Below are positions 28,873 to 36,065 of a stretch of 64,000 nucleotides of DNA, in pieces. Origin of the DNA: Candidatus Liptonbacteria bacterium (lineage in GTDB: Bacteria > Patescibacteriota > Minisyncoccia > UBA6257 > 2-01-FULL-56-20); the NCBI GenBank assembly GCA_016867315.1, contig VGJV01000001.1, forward strand, positions 130,649 through 194,648. Direction: 5' to 3'. Each line of letters starts with the position of its first letter. Positions within the stretch are counted from its first letter, which is position 1. The position numbers and the translations under genes are program-made. The notes below the pieces were generated by a model. The model saw nothing but the letters and a program-made list of their open reading frames with translations. It did not search any database and had not been told where the DNA came from.

Positions 28873-29952
28873 TTAGGGCTTAAAATCTTTGCAGGTTAAA
28901 TTCTTCTTGGCGCATGATTCTTTGATTTTACTTATTGCGGCAGAGGCAGCCTCTCTCATCGCTTGGGCTTTTGGAGGGTCATTTTTGTCGAGATCTCGCG
29001 CGCGAGTTTCGGCGCTATTTGAAATCTGTTGCATGATTTTGTTTACATCCGAGGCTACTTTAGTAGTGTTCGGCAATTGTGCCCCGGCAGCGCCTGCTCC
29101 TGCGCCCGCTCTCGCGGCGGCTTGGGCCATTTCAATCGCACTTTGTTTCAGGCGCGCTTCCATGCCGTTGGCCGTAACTTCGGCATCGAAGTTGACGTTC
29201 GCCTTAAATCTTTCAAATAGGGCCGCAGCTGCGGCTTCCTGATCTTTTTTATCGAGGAATTCTTTTATACGCGAGTCGTATATTCTGTTTAGAGCCTCTT
29301 TTTGAACTTCCGTGGGGGCTCCTTCTTTGGCAAGGAGCTTGGCTTTTTCAGTAAAAAAATCGGTAGCGGAGTTCGTGTGCAGGTTTGCGGCCTCTTTTTC
29401 TAGTTTTAAAGCTTCGGAGGTTTTACCTTCGAGTCTTAGCTTGGCAGCCTGGGTTTCTAAGTCGTGTATCTCTTGAGTATTTGCTGCCGCTCTTTTTCTC
29501 GCCGCCTCGAACACTTCGTGATCTTTGTTATATTCCTGAAAGGTAGTTGAAGGGTCTATTGTATCTCGGATTCCTTCGAGGCCTTTAATAAGGAACGAAG
29601 GGCCTTGCGGATTTTTGGCGAGGATTTGGGGATTTACGAGATTCAGAATAATTCCTGCCCCTAATAGTAGTACGAGACCCAGGAGTGCTTGGGTGATTCG
29701 ATCCTTTCCCTCACTCTTTTTTTCGGGGTTCGCGGCGCCCAGAATGTAGAGGATGCTTCCGTAGACGATTGCACCGAATGCGAGGAGCCCTCCTAAGAGA
29801 AGCGCGAATTGGTAGGCATTACCTAGAATTCCCTCCGGGCTGCCGTAGGTGGGATTTGTGCCCGGAATATTCGGGTTGATCTCGGCAGCGGATGCCCCGG
29901 GACTTATGAGAAGAATTCCCAATACACCGAGGCTAAGAAAAAGTTTCTTCAT
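28873..29952 (-). CDS. VirB2/TrbC-like pilin domain (signal peptide plus two hydrophobic helices) fused to a roughly 250-aa Ala/Lys/Glu-rich coiled-coil extension
   Basis: Signal peptide …GASAA, then FALLLGGLLAFGAIVYGSILYILGA - short loop - ITQALLGLVLLLGAGIILNLV. Confidence 0.3.
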   Translation of the reverse strand: MKKLFLSLGVLGILLISPGASAAEINPNIPGTNPTYGSPEGILGNAYQFALLLGGLLAFGAIVYGSILYILGAANPEKKSEGKDRITQALLGLVLLLGAGIILNLVNPQILAKNPQGPSFLIKGLEGIRDTIDPSTTFQEYNKDHEVFEAARKRAAANTQEIHDLETQAAKLRLEGKTSEALKLEKEAANLHTNSATDFFTEKAKLLAKEGAPTEVQKEALNRIYDSRIKEFLDKKDQEAAAAALFERFKANVNFDAEVTANGMEARLKQSAIEMAQAAARAGAGAGAAGAQLPNTTKVASDVNKIMQQISNSAETRARDLDKNDPPKAQAMREAASAAISKIKESCAKKNLTCKDFKP

Positions 29953-30608
29953 GGGATGATGAGCGTGTTCGCCTTTTTGGCTGCTTCTATTTCGGAGAAA
30001 GGGTTGTAGATCGAGAGCGTGACGTTCAGAGCAGCACCTGCGGGGACGGTTTTAATCGTGAGTACGTCAGGTTCGCCCGAAGCCGCGGCTTTTTCGCCAT
30101 TCACTATCCAATCGAAAGAGAGAATTTCGGCGAAATCAACGTTGAAAAAAAACGGAAGGCCTTTTAGCGCTAAAGGAGGGCGAAGTGGGGTGCTTGGGGT
30201 TTGCATTACGGCTTCCGGAAATACAACCGGGATGGTAATTCCCTTAATAACTCCTTCTTTCAGCGTCGGAATTTCTACTCGGAGAGAGATTGGACTGAAC
30301 TTGAGAGGAGGGGTTCGGAAGAACGTGGAGTGTATGCCGGTTCCTCCACTTACAAAGTTATTGTCCACATACCAATATATGGTTTCTTTGGAGAGATCTA
30401 TAAGACGGCCATTTTGAAGTGCCTCTACCGACGCTTCGATGCGGGACTCGGCAGTAGGAAGAGGTTTTCCTAGATAGCCAGCGGGAGTAAAGGTAGAGGC
30501 CCGCCAGCTTATTATGACCTGAGGGGCGGATTGAGCGTGAAGAGGAAGGGTGGTGGCCAACCCCCCCAGAATAAGAAGCGCGCTATATGCGAGAATGGCT
30601 TTAGGCAT
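29949..30608 (-). CDS. secreted hypothetical protein (signal peptide)
   Basis: N-terminal signal sequence …TTLPLHAQSAPQ; no family recognised. Confidence 0.35.
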   Translation of the reverse strand: MPKAILAYSALLILGGLATTLPLHAQSAPQVIISWRASTFTPAGYLGKPLPTAESRIEASVEALQNGRLIDLSKETIYWYVDNNFVSGGTGIHSTFFRTPPLKFSPISLRVEIPTLKEGVIKGITIPVVFPEAVMQTPSTPLRPPLALKGLPFFFNVDFAEILSFDWIVNGEKAAASGEPDVLTIKTVPAGAALNVTLSIYNPFSEIEAAKKANTLIIP

Positions 30609-30767
30609 GTTCCCCTAATTATATCCGCTCTATATATTTCTCGCTTGAGTAGATTTCCACACCTCTTATCCTATAACCCCTGAAATTCACTCATTCTTCC
30701 CTGCAGGCTTACGGGCAGAATGAATGATTTCAAGGGTTCGGCATTATGCCGTGAGTGGCAGTTTACT

Positions 30768-31433
30768 TTAGTCATCTTTCGAACGGGGCTTTTCCGGTTC
30801 AGGCATTTTCGTCATGACTTCTTGGAGTTTTTCGAGGGGGTCTTTTTCGGCGCCCATTGCTTCATCCGAAACAGTACTTCCTGATTTTGCTGGGCTTTGT
30901 GCGAAGTTTTCACCTAATTCTTCCGTGCCCCCGGCTCTCACCGCGGTTTTTTCGGTTTTCTCTTGGTGCACCCCCGATCGTTCGACTCCGTGGGTGGCCG
31001 TTTGTTCGGCACGGACTGCAGCGGCGCCCGCTCGTACTTTTTGCATCATGGTGCCCCCGCCGCGCATCGCGGTGGAGACTCCCACTGTCGTATTTACCGC
31101 TTTTGCTGCAAAAGAATTTGGATTATGGTCGGCATATACCGTCCAAATCCAACCCGCGGTGAGTAATGGAGCTGCCCCCAACCACGGAAAGAGTTCTAGA
31201 AGCCAGGTGATGAGTTGGCGGATGGGAGGAATTCCCTTCAGGAAAAGATACACAAAAATAGTGGAGGCAAGGGTATCTAATATCCAAAAATCATCAAGAC
31301 CCACGAAAATAATTCCTATTTCCACCGCGTCTATCGCGGCGAATACAAAACCGATAAGGAGTGTTTCGGTTACGGAAATTTTCGGTTCGGGTTCGCTTCT
31401 TTCCCCATTTTCTGCTTCCAACTCTTCCGCCAT
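30768..31433 (-). CDS. hypothetical polytopic membrane protein (3-4 TM) with a hydrophilic C-terminus
   Basis: Hydrophobic helices; sits immediately downstream of VirB4. Confidence 0.35.
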   Translation of the reverse strand: MAEELEAENGERSEPEPKISVTETLLIGFVFAAIDAVEIGIIFVGLDDFWILDTLASTIFVYLFLKGIPPIRQLITWLLELFPWLGAAPLLTAGWIWTVYADHNPNSFAAKAVNTTVGVSTAMRGGGTMMQKVRAGAAAVRAEQTATHGVERSGVHQEKTEKTAVRAGGTEELGENFAQSPAKSGSTVSDEAMGAEKDPLEKLQEVMTKMPEPEKPRSKDD

Positions 31434-31436
31434 AAA

Positions 31437-33158
31437 TTATTTTTCTTTCAAAAGCTGTTCGGGGTTCGTGGTAACCAATTGGTCTTCGAAGTAGGAGGCT
31501 ATAATTTGGATGGCTACATGTTTTTTGCCTGCAAAAAACAACCCAGTCCCCACTTCTGCCCCGAGAAGCAGGCCTTTTTCGGCTTCCGTGAGATCGAAGG
31601 CTTTCGCTACTACGTCGATAGTGGCGGGGGCTTGTTTCAAAAGGAGCTGCAGGGAGGAGTTCGTAATAATAGGGCGGCCATAGGGAGAACGCAGGAAATC
31701 TTCCACGTCTTGGGTGATAGTAGAGACTCCCAGATAGTATTTTCGAGCTCGTTTTACTAAGCCGAAGAGGAAAGTGGCCGAGTCTTCGTTTTTCATCATG
31801 AGCCAGGCTTCATCGATGATGAGGATTCGACGCTTGAGCTTGGCCCTAATCAGATTCCAAATAAAGTTCAAAATCACAAACATCGCAATCGGGCGCAGTT
31901 CTTCTTCGAGGTCCCGAATGGAAAACACTATGAGGCGATTTCCAATGTCGATGTTCGTTTGTTTGTCGACAAAGCCCGCGAAGGAGCCTTTCGTGTATTT
32001 ATAGAGGCGTTCCGCCATTGCCCGTCCCCCTTCGAGATTTCGGAGCACGGTCTCCAAGTCTTCAAGGAGAGGGGGTTCTTTGCCGCTAAAATCTTCTCCC
32101 GCAACAATCTCACGCGAAGCGTATGTTTCGGTGATCGCTCGGTCGAGCAGCGAATCTTCTTCGGGGGTGAGTTTCCCAAGCATAAGCTTCACTAAGCTTG
32201 CGAGGTTTACAATATGCGATCGCAAAATGTCCGAAGCGGACTCCCCTTCCGGAATGATGGGGATATCGAAAGGATTAATGTGTTCTTCGGAAGAAAGAGA
32301 AATATTAAAGAAGCTCCCTCCTAAGGCTCGGGCTAAACGTTCATATTCGTTTTCCGGGTCGATCACAATTACCTCGGTGCCTACCATGAGCGAGCGGATG
32401 ATCTCGAGTTTGGTGGAGTAGGATTTTCCCGAGCCGGATTTGGCAAATACCACCTGGTTGGCGTTTTCAAGTGAGAAGCGATCGAATACGACCAGGCTGT
32501 TATTATGACGATTGATCCCGTACATTATTCCCTCGTTCGAGGTTAGATCTTCCGAAACAAAGGGGAAGAATGAGGAGATCGGACTCGAATTCATGGGAGT
32601 GTGTACATCGAGTTTATCGTTGCCGAATGGGAATACTGAGAGCAGGCCCTCGAGCTGTTCGAAGAGGGCAGGTTTGATGTAGACAAGTTTCGCTTCCATG
32701 AGGGAGACTATCTGGCTTTCCAGTTTCGCCAATTCTTCCGGGGTGTCGGCATAAATCGCAATATACACGGAAGTATTAAAAAGTTTTTCCTCGGATTGCT
32801 GGAGGGTGTCCCGAAGATTCTCCACATCCTTAAAAGCGGTTTCGAGGAGCGGATCTCTCACCAATCCCTTTTCTTCCGAGTCGGCGATTTGAGATTCGAG
32901 TTGCGCGGCTTTTTTACGCAGGTTTTTCAACGCATCGCCAGTATTGATCGGCGTAATGAAAATCGATACATCAAGCAAATTCGGAAGATTTACTAAGGGC
33001 TCAAACCAGCCGGTCGAAAGATACCGGGGGTAGGAGAGCACGAAAAAGGTTTTGGCGAGTTTGTTCCCGATTTTCAAATAGTTCGGAGTGACCTCCACTC
33101 CGGCAGGAGCGATGATTTTCGCAATGTCTGTGGGGTTGTTCTGCTTCGTTTCTTCCAT
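31437..33158 (-). CDS. virB4: VirB4/TraE/CagE-family type IV secretion ATPase (C-terminal portion carrying the ATPase domain)
   Basis: Walker A AKSGSGKSYSTK, VIDPENEY…INPFD, Walker B ILIIDEAW and the C-terminal TITQ motif, all VirB4 hallmarks. Confidence 0.75.
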   Translation of the reverse strand: MEETKQNNPTDIAKIIAPAGVEVTPNYLKIGNKLAKTFFVLSYPRYLSTGWFEPLVNLPNLLDVSIFITPINTGDALKNLRKKAAQLESQIADSEEKGLVRDPLLETAFKDVENLRDTLQQSEEKLFNTSVYIAIYADTPEELAKLESQIVSLMEAKLVYIKPALFEQLEGLLSVFPFGNDKLDVHTPMNSSPISSFFPFVSEDLTSNEGIMYGINRHNNSLVVFDRFSLENANQVVFAKSGSGKSYSTKLEIIRSLMVGTEVIVIDPENEYERLARALGGSFFNISLSSEEHINPFDIPIIPEGESASDILRSHIVNLASLVKLMLGKLTPEEDSLLDRAITETYASREIVAGEDFSGKEPPLLEDLETVLRNLEGGRAMAERLYKYTKGSFAGFVDKQTNIDIGNRLIVFSIRDLEEELRPIAMFVILNFIWNLIRAKLKRRILIIDEAWLMMKNEDSATFLFGLVKRARKYYLGVSTITQDVEDFLRSPYGRPIITNSSLQLLLKQAPATIDVVAKAFDLTEAEKGLLLGAEVGTGLFFAGKKHVAIQIIASYFEDQLVTTNPEQLLKEK

Positions 33159-33160
33159 GA

Positions 33161-33832
33161 TTATGTTTTAGCTTCGCTGCCCGGAATGGTGAGATCTTCT
33201 CTCTCGACGGATTCAGGATTATAAAAGTTATAGAGCATTTCCGCGAGTTCTTTATTTCCTAATGCCACGGCTTCCAAACCGATCGCGTTTAAACCTTCGA
33301 TAACCTGAGCGGTGCGTTGATTAAGTTGCTCCAAGGATTCTTTGAAATCCCCTTCTTTTTCTTCTGCGGCCGCCGCCGCCGCATTCTCGTTTTGTTTTAG
33401 AAATGGAATAAAACGCAGGATACTCCGTGTCGAGGGGAGGGCTACGGTTACCCAGGGGATCACCACAAAAAAAGTTTTTTCCATTATAGCGTTTTTTTCC
33501 ACAAAACCCCGGATGAATTCCCGGTATTCTGAGTTCTGGTTTCGTAATAGTGGGGAGGGTTCGGTTTTTTCAAATCCTCCCAACTTGTCGAGGTACTTTG
33601 AGATGTTAATTCTTCGGGAGTGAATAATAACTTGGAGCGGGAAATCAAGGGTGTTCAGAAAATTTTGATACCCGGAAGTGATGGTATTTTGTTCCGTTTC
33701 CGAACGCAGCGCGAAATTCATCCCGTTTACCATAAGGATTTGTCGTAGGCTGCCGTCGCGGAGTACCAGTACTCCATCGCGGACTTCTTTTACAGCCACT
33801 AAGTCTTGAGCGTTCGCGAATTGTTTTGGCAT
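33161..33832 (-). CDS. VirB4 N-terminal domain encoded as a separate ORF (split VirB4)
   Basis: DGVLVLRDGSLRQILMVNGMNFALRSETEQ…FLNTLDFPLQVIIHSRR matches the Gram-positive VirB4 N-terminal pattern. It ends TAA-tc-ATG, 2 nt before the ATPase ORF. Confidence 0.45.
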   Translation of the reverse strand: MPKQFANAQDLVAVKEVRDGVLVLRDGSLRQILMVNGMNFALRSETEQNTITSGYQNFLNTLDFPLQVIIHSRRINISKYLDKLGGFEKTEPSPLLRNQNSEYREFIRGFVEKNAIMEKTFFVVIPWVTVALPSTRSILRFIPFLKQNENAAAAAAEEKEGDFKESLEQLNQRTAQVIEGLNAIGLEAVALGNKELAEMLYNFYNPESVEREDLTIPGSEAKT

Positions 33833-33837
33833 AGAAC

Positions 33838-33867
33838 AGCTTTAAGGTTTAAGCTTTGAGCTTTAAG
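33838..33867 (+). repeat. 30-bp heptamer element, copy 1 (AGCTTTA AGGTTTA AGCTTTG AGCTTTA AG)
   Basis: Read directly; intergenic. Confidence 0.7.
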
Positions 33868-33879
33868 TGGAAGACCTTC

Positions 33880-34245
33880 TTATTGTACCTTTTTTTGCTC
33901 AAGTTTCTCCTTCATCCCGTAAAGCATTTTCTGGACTTCATCGAGGAGAGATTCGGCTCGTGCGTAGTTCAGTTTAGAATATAGGCGTTTCGCAATTATG
34001 AGTTGAGTTTCTAATTCTGCAGAAGACGCGTCGGCTATTCTTAGGAAGTGGAGGTATTCCGGAATGTCTTTTCGGCGAGAGCCTTCAGCAATGTTTGATG
34101 GTATGGAAATTGTAGCTCTCCGCATTTGAATGCTAAGACCAAACATCTCTTCTTTTGGGAATTGTGCAGTGAGTTCGTAAACTTCAATTACAAGCTCAAT
34201 CGATCTTTGCCATACAATAAGTTCTTTGTAGGATTTTACATACAT
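33880..34245 (-). CDS. four-helix-bundle protein (23S rRNA intervening-sequence protein family, TIGR02436-like)
   Basis: MYVKSYKELIVWQRSIELVIEVYELTAQFPKEE…SIPSNIAEG…LHFLRIADASSAELETQLIIA is characteristic of the family. Confidence 0.7.
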   Translation of the reverse strand: MYVKSYKELIVWQRSIELVIEVYELTAQFPKEEMFGLSIQMRRATISIPSNIAEGSRRKDIPEYLHFLRIADASSAELETQLIIAKRLYSKLNYARAESLLDEVQKMLYGMKEKLEQKKVQ

Positions 34246-34251
34246 ATTGGA

Positions 34252-34281
34252 CTCAAAGCTTAAAGCTGGAAGCTAAAAGCT
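34252..34281 (-). repeat. 30-bp heptamer element, copy 2, in inverted orientation (plus strand reads CTCAAAGCTTAAAGCTGGAAGCTAAAAGCT)
   Basis: Read directly; together with copy 1 it brackets the four-helix-bundle gene. Confidence 0.7.
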
Positions 34282-34287
34282 ATGTAG

Positions 34288-34794
34288 CTATCTGTAGTCT
34301 ACCCGGCGGGCAGCGTGCCGTTCGCCGGTTTTTTTCCGAAACACTGCAAATTGATCCTCGGCCTGGTTCAAGAAGGTTCCCGGGGAGATTTTCCCGGTTC
34401 CGGTTTGCAGCTTTTGCCAGGTTTTTCGCAGGGCCAATCCGGAGAGCACTTCTTCGAGGGAGGCGTTCGAAGTGGGAGAGGTGGGCTCTAGTACGGGAGC
34501 AGGAGCAGTTTTCTTATCCTGGGGTTGCCATACGTACGTTTGAGGTTTCCAGAAGTAGAAGAATGCAGCACGAGCTACGGTAGGAAGAGAACGCCCCCCG
34601 ATCTTTACAAACGCAAGCGCGATACCTATGGCAACAAGGGGCAAAGAGACCAAGAGCCACAGCCATAGTTCCACGAGAAGATATAATATGAGAGATATTC
34701 CTCCCGTAATTCCTATATAGATGAATTGTTTGAGGCTCAAAGGCCCCACAATTTTATCTTCGGTTTCGATGAATTGAGGAACTTGGAATTGCAT
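34288..34794 (-). CDS. PrgI-family (VirB3-like) small membrane protein
   Basis: MQFQVPQFIETEDKIVGPLSLKQFIYIG followed by two TM helices, as in Gram-positive T4SS PrgI proteins. Confidence 0.5.
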   Translation of the reverse strand: MQFQVPQFIETEDKIVGPLSLKQFIYIGITGGISLILYLLVELWLWLLVSLPLVAIGIALAFVKIGGRSLPTVARAAFFYFWKPQTYVWQPQDKKTAPAPVLEPTSPTSNASLEEVLSGLALRKTWQKLQTGTGKISPGTFLNQAEDQFAVFRKKTGERHAARRVDYR

Positions 34795-34801
34795 CAGATT
34801 T

Positions 34802-34831
34802 AGCTTTAAGCGTTAAGCTTTTAGCTTTAAG
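34802..34831 (+). repeat. 30-bp heptamer element, copy 3 (AGCTTTA AGCGTTA AGCTTTT AGCTTTA AG)
   Basis: Read directly; intergenic. Confidence 0.7.
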
Positions 34832-34841
34832 TAAGAATATA

Positions 34842-36062
34842 TCATTTTGGCGGAACGGGAGGCTCGTCGAACGAGTCAAGGTCGAGTATATCATCTCCTG
34901 GCTTCTCCGGCGTGGAGGGAGCTTCCGGGGCGGGAGGAGGCGGGATTTCGGACAGAGAGACAGTTTCCAAAACCTCTTTTTTCTTTCCAAAAAAGCGGGA
35001 GAAAAATCCGGGTTTACTCGGGGAGATGGGCTCCGGAGCAGGGGGAGTTTCTGTTGGAAGTGGCGGCGGAATTTCGGAATCGTTCGAAAAGTTTGAGAAA
35101 TTCAGCACGTCATTCTTGGAAGTTTCGGGATGGGGCATAGGCGGAGGTTCGTCTGCAGCCGGTTCTTTTATGGCTGAGAGAGGGGTTTCTGGAACAGCGG
35201 GTTCTAAGGGGGTGCGAAGATCGGCGTAGTGCACGATTCGCTCTTCGTTTTCGGTTTTACGTTGTTCTGCAGTTTCCTTATTCTCCTCCGAGCCAATCTC
35301 AATATTGGCTTGCGGAACTGGTATAGCCTCGGATTCGGAAGGTCCAAATTCTTCTGGCTTAATGTTTAGAGAAAAATCCTCCACGCGTGGAAGTGAAGGC
35401 GCCCCCGGTTCTTCGTGAAGGATGAATGGAGTGGCATCGGTAGAGGAGGAAGGCACATTTGGGGCAGGAGGGGTTTCAGTGGGCGCTGGAGGCGGAGTGA
35501 ATGACATATCGAACGAGGGGGGAGTGATATCTTGCGGAGGGGTGAAAGAAGGCGAAGGAGTGATTTCGGGCGAGGATTCTAATGAATCGAGCGTTACCGG
35601 GGCTTCCTTAAAGAAGGAATTTTCACCACTTTCCGGCTTTAACTTTTCGAGGGTTTGCTCAAAGGCATCCGGAGTTTGAATATCTTCCATTTGGGTGGGA
35701 GCGGCGTGTTCTTCGGGATGTGTGCCAGGAGGGGCATAGACTGCATCTAATTCATCGCGAAGCGAGCCGAATATTTTGGAGTTCAGTGTAACTGCGATTT
35801 TGTTCGCAATTTCGGGGTGTATGCCCGTCGAGAGTTTTACTTCGTTCGCCACATCCTCGGGATGAAGGAAGCCTAAAAATACCCACGAAGCGATACGCGC
35901 CACTTCTCGGTACTTCTCTTCGGAGAGGTGCTCGGCCTCACAAACTTGAGAGACGAGCTCTCCGTTTTTTTCGGAGGCCAAGGCTTCGCGCAGGTCCGGC
36001 GGGAGCATATCCCAGCGCTGCCAGACTAGATCGTTTGCAATTGTGGTGGGTTGAGGGTTCAT
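34842..36062 (-). CDS. hypothetical protein with a globular N-terminal domain and a long Pro/Glu-rich low-complexity C-terminus
   Basis: ORF within the operon; no TM segment. Confidence 0.35.
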   Translation of the reverse strand: MNPQPTTIANDLVWQRWDMLPPDLREALASEKNGELVSQVCEAEHLSEEKYREVARIASWVFLGFLHPEDVANEVKLSTGIHPEIANKIAVTLNSKIFGSLRDELDAVYAPPGTHPEEHAAPTQMEDIQTPDAFEQTLEKLKPESGENSFFKEAPVTLDSLESSPEITPSPSFTPPQDITPPSFDMSFTPPPAPTETPPAPNVPSSSTDATPFILHEEPGAPSLPRVEDFSLNIKPEEFGPSESEAIPVPQANIEIGSEENKETAEQRKTENEERIVHYADLRTPLEPAVPETPLSAIKEPAADEPPPMPHPETSKNDVLNFSNFSNDSEIPPPLPTETPPAPEPISPSKPGFFSRFFGKKKEVLETVSLSEIPPPPAPEAPSTPEKPGDDILDLDSFDEPPVPPK

Positions 36063-36065
36063 GGG

